The position numbers were made by a program, and so were the translations under genes. From positions 124,001 through 188,000 of IMG/VR virus record IMGVR_UViG_3300033997_000243: a stretch of DNA of 64,000 nucleotides; one strand, 5' to 3'. Positions 29,537-39,068 of this stretch are shown piece by piece. The stretch's first letter is position 1. The number at the start of each line of letters is the position of its first letter. The notes beneath the pieces are model-generated. The model was not told where the DNA came from and searched no databases. It saw only the letters and a program-made list of their open reading frames with translations.

Positions 29537-30078
29537 ACTGATTCTCCAATGACAACATCAAGTTTAATACGTTCCGGTGTCGGTAGCGGATCGTACATGA
29601 AATCAATTGAGATCAAACAATCGCCATCTTTCGTCATATTGGCTCGATTTGCATCAGTCCAAGTTAAAGAACTTTGCATATCAAATGTGTAAAGAATTAT
29701 ATCTCTGATTTGAGATCTACGTGAAGCAATTCTTCTGGTATCTACTGGAACACTAACGAAGGTTACGCGATTCCAATCTATTTGACCTACTTTACGCTCA
29801 ACATAAAGCTTAAGCTGCTTAAGAGCGTTATCTCGTGTCGTGGGAAAATAATTAATAAGCAAATAAATTCTTTTCCCTGTACGAAACGAGTCCAAGTGTA
29901 GCTTGTTAAGGACAACCATAGTTGGACAATCGAAGGCTATGGCTGAATGTGTACTCATATCAACTATGGGAAATTCATCGAAAGTTGTCAGTGGAGGATA
30001 AACCAGATTTTGTACATCCCAAAACCGCAATTTACTTTTGCTGGACTCTAAATGAAAAAGATTAATATCTGAACTCAT
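29533..30078 (-). CDS. hypothetical protein
   Basis: AAGGA RBS. Confidence 0.8.
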   Translation of the reverse strand: MSSDINLFHLESSKSKLRFWDVQNLVYPPLTTFDEFPIVDMSTHSAIAFDCPTMVVLNKLHLDSFRTGKRIYLLINYFPTTRDNALKQLKLYVERKVGQIDWNRVTFVSVPVDTRRIASRRSQIRDIILYTFDMQSSLTWTDANRANMTKDGDCLISIDFMYDPLPTPERIKLDVVIGESV

Positions 30079-30087
30079 TGTAATTCC

Positions 30088-31032
30088 TTAAACAGAATGT
30101 TTTTCAACATATTTATTGAACATATTGCCAATACAGCTTGATAGCACTGAGATCAGCGCAAAAAAGTTTACCAGTAAATACTTCAATAAATACACAGGCC
30201 AGAATACAGAAATCATGAAAAAATCAACATTGGTTTTATTCGGATCTAACACTAGATTAGATCTTAATTTAATGATCAATTTATCCATAACAACATTATT
30301 GTGTAAGCAATAAAGCCATGTACAGGCAAGCGTGTCTTTGTTATGGCTTTCGTATTTAGGATAAAGATGGGAAAACGGATTGTCGAACATTGGCTTTTCA
30401 GAATTGGCTTTGATGCCAGCTGGCCCGCGCACATCATACTGAGAATTAAAGCCTACGCTGTTACCGTGGGTTTCATCTATTGGTAAAAATACTTTCCATC
30501 TTTCGTGTGATATTGAACTGTGAGTATCTATAGTAAAATCATCAAACTTCGATACTTCAAGAATTCCGCTGGCTTCAATTTTTGTCAAAACAAAAGACAA
30601 ATGTTTAAGACTCAAGGATCTTAAATCTGCGAACGAGTTAATTGCGAATCCAAGTTCGGCAGCAGCTTGATCTAACGTATCTTTCAAATACTTCTTGTGC
30701 TTGTGTATAAGGTGAGATAATACTAAAAGTGGAGAAGCAATCATGGCGCATATATAAAATAATACGCTGAATATAAAAACCTTCAAATCAAATTCTGTGA
30801 TTTCTGCAACCACTATTTCATGAGTAACTTCCAACCAAGCTAACCAGCAAGCTACTGATAAAAATATGCACAGTTGAATCAAATTTGGTTTGCTATCAAA
30901 TCTGATTGATTTGATTTTGCCGGAACGATCATTTTTAAGCCAAGCCAGAGGATAAGCTGGCTGAATATGATGCAGTGCTATAAGCAAAAATATTATGCCG
31001 AAAACAAAAACGGTTATACTGAAGATGTTCAT
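30088..31032 (-). CDS. multi-pass membrane protein
   Basis: Three N-terminal TMs plus a C-terminal hydrophobic FWPVYLL segment. Confidence 0.85.
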   Translation of the reverse strand: MNIFSITVFVFGIIFLLIALHHIQPAYPLAWLKNDRSGKIKSIRFDSKPNLIQLCIFLSVACWLAWLEVTHEIVVAEITEFDLKVFIFSVLFYICAMIASPLLVLSHLIHKHKKYLKDTLDQAAAELGFAINSFADLRSLSLKHLSFVLTKIEASGILEVSKFDDFTIDTHSSISHERWKVFLPIDETHGNSVGFNSQYDVRGPAGIKANSEKPMFDNPFSHLYPKYESHNKDTLACTWLYCLHNNVVMDKLIIKLRSNLVLDPNKTNVDFFMISVFWPVYLLKYLLVNFFALISVLSSCIGNMFNKYVEKHSV

Positions 31033-31415
31033 TAGACCTCCATTATTCTGGATTGTAGTATCAAAAAGTTTTGAGTTAGTGCATCACATTTCACAACTTT
31101 AGAAATAATCAACAGTTGAAATTCGTGAAGTGCTTCAATGTAGCAAATTCGCTCAAGTGCGGTTCCCGTAAAAAATACTTCAGTTTGTTCCTGCTTAAGC
31201 TTGTCAAGAAAACGAATGTAACCTAGACGCTTGGCCTGAGTTTGAAGCAACTTAGCTTGAACTTTTAACAGTGCTGAAATTCGGGCCTTTCCATTTTGGT
31301 CATTAATTGAATGTTGAGTATAACCAATATTATTTTCCTTTGATGCTACTGGCCCAAATTTTAGGTTATTAGTTAAGTGCGCTTCATCACGCATAGTAAG
31401 ATTAATTTCAGACAC
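31032..31415 (-). CDS. hypothetical protein
   Basis: Tiles. Confidence 0.75.
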   Translation of the reverse strand: MSEINLTMRDEAHLTNNLKFGPVASKENNIGYTQHSINDQNGKARISALLKVQAKLLQTQAKRLGYIRFLDKLKQEQTEVFFTGTALERICYIEALHEFQLLIISKVVKCDALTQNFLILQSRIMEV

Positions 31416-31416
31416 A

Positions 31417-32085
31417 CTATTTCCCTTTTAATTTACTGGCAAGGTACTTTTTGTTTTTCTCGGACATTCCTTTGAAATCAAGCTCTATACGAGAAGCTAC
31501 TTTATTATAAAAGTACGCTTTGTAGTAAAGCAAAGTATCTTTACCATAATTGGTGGAATCTTTTTTGGAACCAAGAACATTTAGAATTCTCTTTATAGCC
31601 AGTTCAGGATCTGAGGGCCATATCATACCGAAAATATAATTCCATACATCTGAGATACTACCATACGCCTTACCCGCAAACATGCTAAAGCCCATAGCGT
31701 TGATAGACCATTCTGCCCAACAATCAAATTGATCAGACTTCTTAAATCTGTTCACCAAGAATAAGTGCATTGATTCACCTGAAGCTCCAGACAACTCTTT
31801 TTCTGGATCTCCACCATAATCATCTACGCTTAGTTGTTGATAATAGAAAAATGCTTCGGGCCTTTCCCCTACATCATAATCGTATTTTTTATTGCCAGAT
31901 TTTGCGTAGTGAGCAACATCAAAAGGTTTCGGCTTTAATTTTTCAAGATGCTTGAGTAATATAACTAAAGGTAAAACATTGACAGTGATTTTGTCTTTCA
32001 TAGATTTGTCCACCAAATAAGTTAATATTAATTTTTCGACACCACTCGTACTTCTTTCAAATTTATGCCAAGTGTTTCGGCACAA
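31417..32085 (-). CDS. hypothetical protein
   Basis: Tiles; true start probably downstream of the given one. Confidence 0.75.
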   Translation of the reverse strand: MCRNTWHKFERSTSGVEKLILTYLVDKSMKDKITVNVLPLVILLKHLEKLKPKPFDVAHYAKSGNKKYDYDVGERPEAFFYYQQLSVDDYGGDPEKELSGASGESMHLFLVNRFKKSDQFDCWAEWSINAMGFSMFAGKAYGSISDVWNYIFGMIWPSDPELAIKRILNVLGSKKDSTNYGKDTLLYYKAYFYNKVASRIELDFKGMSEKNKKYLASKLKGK

Positions 32086-32372
32086 GTAGCTAGATTACCG
32101 TTAGCCTTTTGCAGTAAAGTTTGACCATGCTTAGAATGCAATACAACAGCATCAGTTATCGGCAAGCAACTGAAATGCGTGTACTCAACATCAAGCTTTT
32201 GCAGTTCCAGTATTTGAGAACCTAACACGTTTTTATTACGAATCATCTTTTCGTACTGAGTGCTTTCCATGTAATTAAGTGCAATGTAGGTAATTACAGT
32301 TGTCACTAACATGAGCAGTAAAACTAGAACACCGCCCAACGCAAAATGAGCTGCTTTATCTTTCTTTTCCAT
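32028..32372 (-). CDS. membrane-anchored protein
   Basis: N-terminal TM; GAGGA RBS. Confidence 0.8.
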   Translation of the reverse strand: MEKKDKAAHFALGGVLVLLLMLVTTVITYIALNYMESTQYEKMIRNKNVLGSQILELQKLDVEYTHFSCLPITDAVVLHSKHGQTLLQKANGNLATCAETLGINLKEVRVVSKN

Positions 32373-32378
32373 AATTCC

Positions 32379-33254
32379 TCACTTAGATTCTGTAAAAACT
32401 GGAAGTTTAAGTCTAAAAGAATCGTGTATTTTCTTTATCAGATTAAAAATGTCCTCACTTATACACGAACTAAAAATGTTTTCCACGTACTTGAGACTTT
32501 CGCTGTCCAATGATTTGCAATTTCTTGCGTAACGTAAAAATAATTCTGTTTTATTGTGCGGGATTTCTCCACCACGAACCAAATTTCTTTTACGTAAGTG
32601 ATGAAGAATCTGAGTAATGAAATAAATAGGTTTATTTAATCTCAGGCCGCATTCTTCAATAAAACGATCACTAAAAGAAAAGTTGTCAAATAAATCAGGC
32701 AATTTGAATAATGCACTGATTAAAACATCTAAATCCATGCGCTTAGGCGTAGACCAATTGAAAATAGACAAAGCAGGTTTAAGCTGTGGAATGTCAGACA
32801 TTAAACTTGTTACCATCCACCATGATAAGCGATTTACAGTTTTATAGTCCACTAGATGTAAATGTGTGTCATGATGTTTACGTATAAAATTCAAGACTTC
32901 ATCTGTACTAAAGCTGTTAAGAACTTTTCCATCTATCAAAGAAACAGCTATTCCACGATAGAAGGACTTTTCAAATTTGGTATCAGATTCCTTAAGTGCC
33001 TTTACCATCAATCCAAATACAAAATCAAAGTATTCTTTTTGAGCCTTTTGTTTCTCACCGGACTTGAATTTAACCAAGCTTCCTTGAGTCCAAACCTTGG
33101 CCGCATCCAAGTCTTTTCGACGAACCCAAGATAAATTGTACTCTTCATTTTGCTTAAAAAGATTCAGGCCACCAGCTAACAAAATAGTCAGTTTTATTTC
33201 CGGCGATAAAAAATGAATGTTATCTACAAAGCCTTTTTTGCTGTATGCAGTCAT
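32379..33254 (-). CDS. hypothetical protein
   Basis: 291 aa; GAGG RBS. Confidence 0.85.
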   Translation of the reverse strand: MTAYSKKGFVDNIHFLSPEIKLTILLAGGLNLFKQNEEYNLSWVRRKDLDAAKVWTQGSLVKFKSGEKQKAQKEYFDFVFGLMVKALKESDTKFEKSFYRGIAVSLIDGKVLNSFSTDEVLNFIRKHHDTHLHLVDYKTVNRLSWWMVTSLMSDIPQLKPALSIFNWSTPKRMDLDVLISALFKLPDLFDNFSFSDRFIEECGLRLNKPIYFITQILHHLRKRNLVRGGEIPHNKTELFLRYARNCKSLDSESLKYVENIFSSCISEDIFNLIKKIHDSFRLKLPVFTESK

Positions 33255-33255
33255 G

Positions 33256-33831
33256 TTAAACCTCTTGAGGCCATTTTAAGTATAAGAAAATTCTGCGACC
33301 TTGTTGTGAAATTTCAATGGACTGAGTAATATAGTCCTGCAATTCTTTACTGTCCTCTGTTGCCACACAAAGAATCGGCTGATCTTTTCCAACAGGCCAC
33401 TGTGATACGATCATGCTGGCTACAACTTCAACACCATAATCCCATTCCAACAATTGAGCTTCACGCACAACCAAAGTTTGTAACTGATCCATACCAAAAA
33501 TTGGATTAATCTTGTCTTTATCCAAAGACAAATCAAAACGTGCGTGTTCGTTTTCATAGAAAGCTAGTTGACGGCCTTCAAGAACTGCATAATCTCTGTA
33601 CTTTTCGTCATCATCATTGTACTTGAATGCTTTACCTAGATCGCCAGTAATATCATACAAACGACCATCTAAAAGTAAAACTTGGTGAGCTGCTCTATCA
33701 ACAACTTCACCACCGTAAATAGATTGAAGCATACGGGCAAATTTATAACAGCTTCCATTTGTGTAAACAAATTCGGCTCCGCCAAAACTTTCCCGTACAC
33801 TCTTTATAAAATCAAGAATTGGAGGTAACAT
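33256..33831 (-). CDS. putative papain/transglutaminase-fold Cys-His-Asp protein
   Basis: YTNGSCYKFA ... HQVL ... DGRLYDITG. Confidence 0.55.
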   Translation of the reverse strand: MLPPILDFIKSVRESFGGAEFVYTNGSCYKFARMLQSIYGGEVVDRAAHQVLLLDGRLYDITGDLGKAFKYNDDDEKYRDYAVLEGRQLAFYENEHARFDLSLDKDKINPIFGMDQLQTLVVREAQLLEWDYGVEVVASMIVSQWPVGKDQPILCVATEDSKELQDYITQSIEISQQGRRIFLYLKWPQEV

Positions 33832-33841
33832 TTAATTTCTC

Positions 33842-33973
33842 CTAACTACTTTTATCGGGATGGCATTTAGCAAACTTTTTATGAATTTCTTCAGCTTGCG
33901 GCTTGCTAACTTGTGTTGGTTGAATTGGCTTGGCGCTAGAATAGTTGGCCAGCCATCTGATCATTTTGTTCAT
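33842..33973 (-). CDS. 43-aa mini-protein ending in a J-domain-like HPDK motif (not in ORF track)
   Basis: MNKMIRWLANYSSAKPIQPTQVSKPQAEEIHKKFAKCHPDKSS; nearly fills the 149-nt gap; its stop overlaps the next AGGAG. Confidence 0.55.
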   Translation of the reverse strand: MNKMIRWLANYSSAKPIQPTQVSKPQAEEIHKKFAKCHPDKSS

Positions 33974-33980
33974 TGCTTTT

Positions 33981-34481
33981 TCAATTTCCATGCTGTACAA
34001 CAACCTGACTTATTCTTAGATCGCCTTGCTGTAGAATAAAGTTTAGAGCGTTTTCTGTGAAAACAATTTTTAAACTAACGCCTTTTACTGACTTAAAGAA
34101 TTCTACTGTCTTAACTTCTTTTGAACTTAACATCAAAGATACTTCGCCATTTTGACATATGGAAAACGAAGGGTAAGAATTTACTGGATTGTGATTTGAA
34201 TCAAATACTTTGATGTTATCAAAATCGTGAAAGTTCTTTTCACTCAAAAGCTCTGATAGAATAAGATGAAATTTTTCATCAGGCACCGAACTCAATCCAC
34301 TGCGAAACATTTCAAGACTTAACGTGTATTTAGAAACCGAATCTTTTACTGAATTTCCATTTCGCCAGTGAACTGAAAATTCACGTTTAAGAATTGATCT
34401 GCTTTGAATGGTTAAGAAAAATACCCAAACCATTACCATTATAAGTAATGTGATTATTACAATGAATGGAGCCATTCTCAA
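33981..34481 (-). CDS. membrane-anchored protein
   Basis: N-terminal TM. Confidence 0.8.
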   Translation of the reverse strand: MRMAPFIVIITLLIMVMVWVFFLTIQSRSILKREFSVHWRNGNSVKDSVSKYTLSLEMFRSGLSSVPDEKFHLILSELLSEKNFHDFDNIKVFDSNHNPVNSYPSFSICQNGEVSLMLSSKEVKTVEFFKSVKGVSLKIVFTENALNFILQQGDLRISQVVVQHGN

Positions 34482-34903
34482 TCTTCCTCAAGTGGTAATT
34501 CGCGTTGCGGAACAAGTTCACTATCTTTATACATTTGCTTTAATAAAGCTACATTGAAATCTGCGATTTCTTTCATGCGAGTAACCAAGAAATTTCTCAA
34601 AGGCATTATGGTGATACATTTACCATCATCCAAATATTCGTATCTTTCGCTATAGCGAGGATCGTCCTCTGAGTTCCATACGCACATTCCCATGTAATTA
34701 ATCACTACTTCATCTGAAGAGTGAACAACAACCGTTAAACCAAAATCTCCGTTCATAGGCTCTACGTTTTGCGTGTCAGCTAGTGAAGAAACATCAGGTT
34801 CAGATGCAGTATCATAAATTTCACCGTTTATTTCACTTACTACATCCAACAAATATTTGATGTCTTTGCTTGGGTTCATCAGATTGTCATAGCTGTCATT
34901 CAT
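34478..34903 (-). CDS. acidic hypothetical protein with C-terminal QRELPL motif
   Basis: GAGG RBS. Confidence 0.8.
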   Translation of the reverse strand: MNDSYDNLMNPSKDIKYLLDVVSEINGEIYDTASEPDVSSLADTQNVEPMNGDFGLTVVVHSSDEVVINYMGMCVWNSEDDPRYSERYEYLDDGKCITIMPLRNFLVTRMKEIADFNVALLKQMYKDSELVPQRELPLEED

Positions 34904-35330
34904 TTCTGGCCTCTCTTATTTCAGACAACAGTTGCGTAAAATATGTTGAGGCACTACGAATATCATCTATTCTTGCATCTGCATACTCTACTAATTCTAC
35001 TAAATTGCGTTGCGTATATCTTTGAACTGGCAATACACCGTCACGCAATATATCACGCGCATCCAACTTAACTTTTTCAGGTAACTTATCATAGCCATTA
35101 CTTTGCAGAATACAAAGGTAAAAAGCTTCATTGACGGCAACCATCGCTTTTGAAAAACAACTGAACCTTAAATATCGTGCATAAATTTGTGATAGTACGG
35201 CAACAAAATTCACTATAACAAATAAAGCAGAAACCACATAACTTGCTTCTAGTGCGTTAACCATATTTTGATACAGTGCTATAGCACACAATAGATAAAG
35301 AATGCCGATAGCAATATTAAACTTAAGCAT
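34896..35330 (-). CDS. membrane protein
   Basis: Two TMs; start moved to MLKFNIA. Confidence 0.75.
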   Translation of the reverse strand: MLKFNIAIGILYLLCAIALYQNMVNALEASYVVSALFVIVNFVAVLSQIYARYLRFSCFSKAMVAVNEAFYLCILQSNGYDKLPEKVKLDARDILRDGVLPVQRYTQRNLVELVEYADARIDDIRSASTYFTQLLSEIREARNE

Positions 35331-35859
35331 AACTAACTTTAGATTCCATGTTTTGTAATTCAACCAAGGTTGACCAAGATCTTTCATAAATAGCCCGTAC
35401 AAGATCCATATGTTGTTTTCCAGTCAGATTGTTCAAACAGATTTCATCTTTGGCCGGAAAATCTCGCCAGCCGCTATTAATGTGCTGATATATTCCGATT
35501 GGTTCATGCTTACTTATGTAGGTAAAGGCTTCCAATTTGAATCGCCAACATTTATCCATGTACCAGACAACAGGATATTCTGGATGCAACGCTTCAATAA
35601 GAATAATCGGTTTTCCGTTTGGATCTACTGATAGCGATATACAATTGTTTTTATCGCCGACAGCCCAATGAGGAACGTAATGTTCGTTTGCAAAACGAAT
35701 TTCAGCACGTTCAATATCGACCAGCATTTTAATGTAGAATGCTTCTAACTGTTTGCGAATTTTTCTACGACCGAGAAATTTTTGTATGCCGTAAGCAATC
35801 AAACAAATAATACCAAAGGCAAATGAAAGCAGTAGACCTGACTGAATTAATTTTTCCAT
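35323..35859 (-). CDS. membrane-anchored protein
   Basis: N-terminal TM; AGGA RBS. Confidence 0.8.
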   Translation of the reverse strand: MEKLIQSGLLLSFAFGIICLIAYGIQKFLGRRKIRKQLEAFYIKMLVDIERAEIRFANEHYVPHWAVGDKNNCISLSVDPNGKPIILIEALHPEYPVVWYMDKCWRFKLEAFTYISKHEPIGIYQHINSGWRDFPAKDEICLNNLTGKQHMDLVRAIYERSWSTLVELQNMESKVSYA

Positions 35860-35860
35860 A

Positions 35861-37015
35861 TTACTTTCCTATGTCAGTAAAGCAAACTTTTCTGTCCAAA
35901 TCAAATTCTTTTGAAAAGTGACTCTCAATCATTTCCATAGTGAATGGGACAAGTTTACCTATTGGATAATTTTTTGAATCCGCATGATAGCCGTGAACAC
36001 ATTTTGGTATTCTGTGAGTTTTCCTCGATACATCTATGTACTCACCTTCGACTTTTGAAATGCCAGAGAATCGTTGTACATCATAGCGCTCATGTTTTTG
36101 TAACGCATGTTCAGCATAAGCAATGTTAAGAAACGCTGTTCTGCACAAATATTCTGGCCCCATTGCTTGCCAAACATTGTTTGGTCTGTAAGGATTCTGA
36201 TCCGGCATCCAAGATTCATGATGCACTAAAGAACATGCCAATTTCATAGCCATCATGCAACGATGATTTAGTTCAGTGAATTCGCAATGAGTTGTAGTTT
36301 GTCTGTCATTTTCAAATTCACGGGATAGCAAACGCTCCATAGTATAGAACGCTTCGATTTTACGCAACCACGAATTTGTTTCATCTACATTCGGTACGTA
36401 TTTTTGAGCAAACGAAGTGTCACCCAAAGAATAATACAATTCGTTTTGTACAATGCCAAAATGTTGATCTTCGCCAGTTGAGAACAAACAAAACTGCAAA
36501 TTGTTATCCGCATCTACTAAACGTATTCTATAGATGATTTGAGATTCAGCCGGAGTTAAACCATGCTTTAATTTGTGCAGCACAACTTTTGAGGTTGTCC
36601 ATTTATGTTTTCCAGTTAACTTAGAAAATTGATCAAACAAATTATCTGGAAGAGCATCAAGAACCATTGACCTGCTTTCGGTAATGTAAAATAAATTTTC
36701 GTAGCTTAACCTGTGAGAATCTAATTTGGCTACGCTGTATGCTTCAGAAATAGCATGATTGATTCTCATATCAATAAACTCATGCGCGGAATTTGGAATA
36801 TCAAGCGCAAATTCCTGAAGAAATCTTTTTCGCAAGCTCAATACACTTGAACAAGTTGAGTCAGCTAAAACTGTTATCAAAGCTTGTTCAATAGTAAACT
36901 TAGGATCTAAGGAATTTTTCTGAATATTTTTCGCTTTCTCAAAAACGAAATTCAACCAATTATTTAAAAAATTGGACAGTTGTTGTGTAAGTGAATTGGT
37001 GTGAAGGTTAAACAT
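35861..37015 (-). CDS. hypothetical protein
   Basis: 384 aa; AAGGA RBS. Confidence 0.9.
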   Translation of the reverse strand: MFNLHTNSLTQQLSNFLNNWLNFVFEKAKNIQKNSLDPKFTIEQALITVLADSTCSSVLSLRKRFLQEFALDIPNSAHEFIDMRINHAISEAYSVAKLDSHRLSYENLFYITESRSMVLDALPDNLFDQFSKLTGKHKWTTSKVVLHKLKHGLTPAESQIIYRIRLVDADNNLQFCLFSTGEDQHFGIVQNELYYSLGDTSFAQKYVPNVDETNSWLRKIEAFYTMERLLSREFENDRQTTTHCEFTELNHRCMMAMKLACSLVHHESWMPDQNPYRPNNVWQAMGPEYLCRTAFLNIAYAEHALQKHERYDVQRFSGISKVEGEYIDVSRKTHRIPKCVHGYHADSKNYPIGKLVPFTMEMIESHFSKEFDLDRKVCFTDIGK

Positions 37016-37018
37016 AAT

Positions 37019-37168
37019 TTAATCCTTAATAGGTCGAATACAAACATTGTCAGGGTTCATTTGGAGATCCGCTACTGTAAGACAGTCAGGTTCCAAATTT
37101 TGGTTATAGTGAAAAGCACACAAGCATAAAGCAACTATAGCAAGCGCTGATATTAATTTCGCTTTCAT
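37019..37168 (-). CDS. small exported/membrane peptide
   Basis: MKAKLISALAIVALCLCA signal-like N-terminus; AAGGT RBS. Confidence 0.65.
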   Translation of the reverse strand: MKAKLISALAIVALCLCAFHYNQNLEPDCLTVADLQMNPDNVCIRPIKD

Positions 37169-37172
37169 AATC

Positions 37173-37898
37173 TTACCTTTTATGATTGACAAAAGAAGCT
37201 TCAAGACTGTTACATTTTAAATCAGCAATTTGATCAATCATTTGTTGATATGTGTTCAAATGTTGTACGCAGTGACAAGAATATGCAAAATACTTCTTAC
37301 CTGTCTGGTACTCACTATACTTGACAGCAGATTCAGTTAAATACATATCACGGTATAAATAATTATCTTGCGTAAACGTAAATAACTCACCTAATTTTGG
37401 AGTTGCTTCTTGCTCGTCAAAAACAACTACACCTTCCCAATAGACTTTTCCAGCGTGTTTGACTTTAGTTGGCTTATCTTTTGGATCGTCTACGTTACAA
37501 ATCCAATTTAGTGCACGTTTCCACCAAGGATTTTCTGGTGCTTGACTTACATAAATTTCTTCGTTTCTCTGAATGCGTTCAAGAATACGCATGGTGTAGT
37601 TAGAAGAATTTGTGGTCAATGGCACTAAAGGTTTTTTAACCAAAGTAATTTTAATGCAGCCCATGTCAGGTTCGACTAATTCAATACGGCATTCTCCCCA
37701 ACCAAGACCTAGATAGTTTGTTTCTATGTAACTCTTATTCGCAAGAATACCTCTGTAAGTCGGAGTATTGTTATTAAAATAAATGCTTATTTCTGAATCA
37801 TCAATAGAAGTTTCTCGCGCTAACGCAAAGAAACGATCATCCATGACTTCAATAGTGGTTTTAGCTGAAGTATCACATAAATTTGATGGCTTAAACAT
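37173..37898 (-). CDS. hypothetical protein (shared Y/F-x3-GW domain family)
   Basis: YLGLGWGECRI...GCIKITL; GGAG RBS. Confidence 0.85.
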   Translation of the reverse strand: MFKPSNLCDTSAKTTIEVMDDRFFALARETSIDDSEISIYFNNNTPTYRGILANKSYIETNYLGLGWGECRIELVEPDMGCIKITLVKKPLVPLTTNSSNYTMRILERIQRNEEIYVSQAPENPWWKRALNWICNVDDPKDKPTKVKHAGKVYWEGVVVFDEQEATPKLGELFTFTQDNYLYRDMYLTESAVKYSEYQTGKKYFAYSCHCVQHLNTYQQMIDQIADLKCNSLEASFVNHKR

Positions 37899-38649
37899 CT
37901 ATATCTCCAAATAGTTGTAATTCCGAAAACAAACCAAGATCAACCAATTTTACCATAGCGCTTTTTCTGCTGTTTGGTTTAGGTTTACCTACTTTTGGTC
38001 GGGTGAAATTCCAATTGCGTACACAATCTATTTCAAACTCGCCTGAATTTAATTGTCTACGTGCATCATTCAAAGTCATGATGTGGGATCTTACTTTGAC
38101 TGTTCTCTCTAAAGCAACTGGAATAAAATTGTCTAGTTCAGGCCAATCAATAAATCCAATATTTAGCCAGTGATTAACACAACTTCCTTTAGGCCATACT
38201 TTTGATTCACGCTCTAAATAAAACATTTTTGTTTGGCCGGTAGAAGAACTTAATTCGGCTCCCATGTCATAAAGTTTGGCCCAACAATTATCAATATGAT
38301 GTTTTGGTAATAACCAATAAGTTTGATCGATATGTTGTATAGCACTAACAAAACTTTGGGCAGATTCACCACTAAAACAAAATGCAGCAGCATAAAAATT
38401 GTCTTTACGGTAATGATCTTTATTATTAAAAGGAATAACTATGGCCTTCATTTCCACAGCATGTTCAAAAGAATTACCGCTTGCACACTCTTTAGAAATA
38501 TGTACGCAAATAACTTCGTTTGATTTGCTGCTATTCTTTCGCACAATCGGAATAAATGCAACAGGACTGACTGAGTACGAAATTGGTATTACAACAGACT
38601 TGTGTATTGAAGGTAACACATCCTGTTTATTAAGATTCATATAATACAT
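37891..38649 (-). CDS. hypothetical protein
   Basis: C-terminal LVDLGLFSELQLF shared with 39061..39894. Confidence 0.85.
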   Translation of the reverse strand: MYYMNLNKQDVLPSIHKSVVIPISYSVSPVAFIPIVRKNSSKSNEVICVHISKECASGNSFEHAVEMKAIVIPFNNKDHYRKDNFYAAAFCFSGESAQSFVSAIQHIDQTYWLLPKHHIDNCWAKLYDMGAELSSSTGQTKMFYLERESKVWPKGSCVNHWLNIGFIDWPELDNFIPVALERTVKVRSHIMTLNDARRQLNSGEFEIDCVRNWNFTRPKVGKPKPNSRKSAMVKLVDLGLFSELQLFGDIDV

Positions 38650-38657
38650 AAGATTCC

Positions 38658-39068
38658 CTAGAAAGGCGATTTGCCTCTACTATTAAACCAAATCAAAATC
38701 ATGTTCATTGTTAGTGATATATCGCCAACGTCAGGATCTGCAATGGTCACAAGTGCATCATTTGGCCCGTGAGTTCCGGCCAATAAAATATTTTGATAGA
38801 TCTGCGAAAAGAAGGTTTCAAGTTGCGGAGTTATCACCGAAGGTTCACGTAATATCGGTAACATATCAAGCCAGTAAAGAACGTAGCCACCGTTCAAACG
38901 AAGTAAAACTGGATTGTAGTTCTTGACACCACCGCTTATAAATTTTCCATCACGAATTTTCTTTTGCATGTATTTGGCACAAGGCCACGAACCTTCCACC
39001 CAACCTAAACGAAGTGCAAAAGACTTCGCGTAGGCCAGAAGAAAGTCGTTGAGTGTACGCTCAACCAT
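38658..39068 (-). CDS. hypothetical protein
   Basis: Tiles; start uncertain. Confidence 0.75.
   Translation of the reverse strand: MVERTLNDFLLAYAKSFALRLGWVEGSWPCAKYMQKKIRDGKFISGGVKNYNPVLLRLNGGYVLYWLDMLPILREPSVITPQLETFFSQIYQNILLAGTHGPNDALVTIADPDVGDISLTMNMILIWFNSRGKSPF

Noticed and set aside
35861-37015. LuxR-type HTH suggested by GLTPAESQII
   Set aside because: The rest of the LuxR HTH pattern is absent
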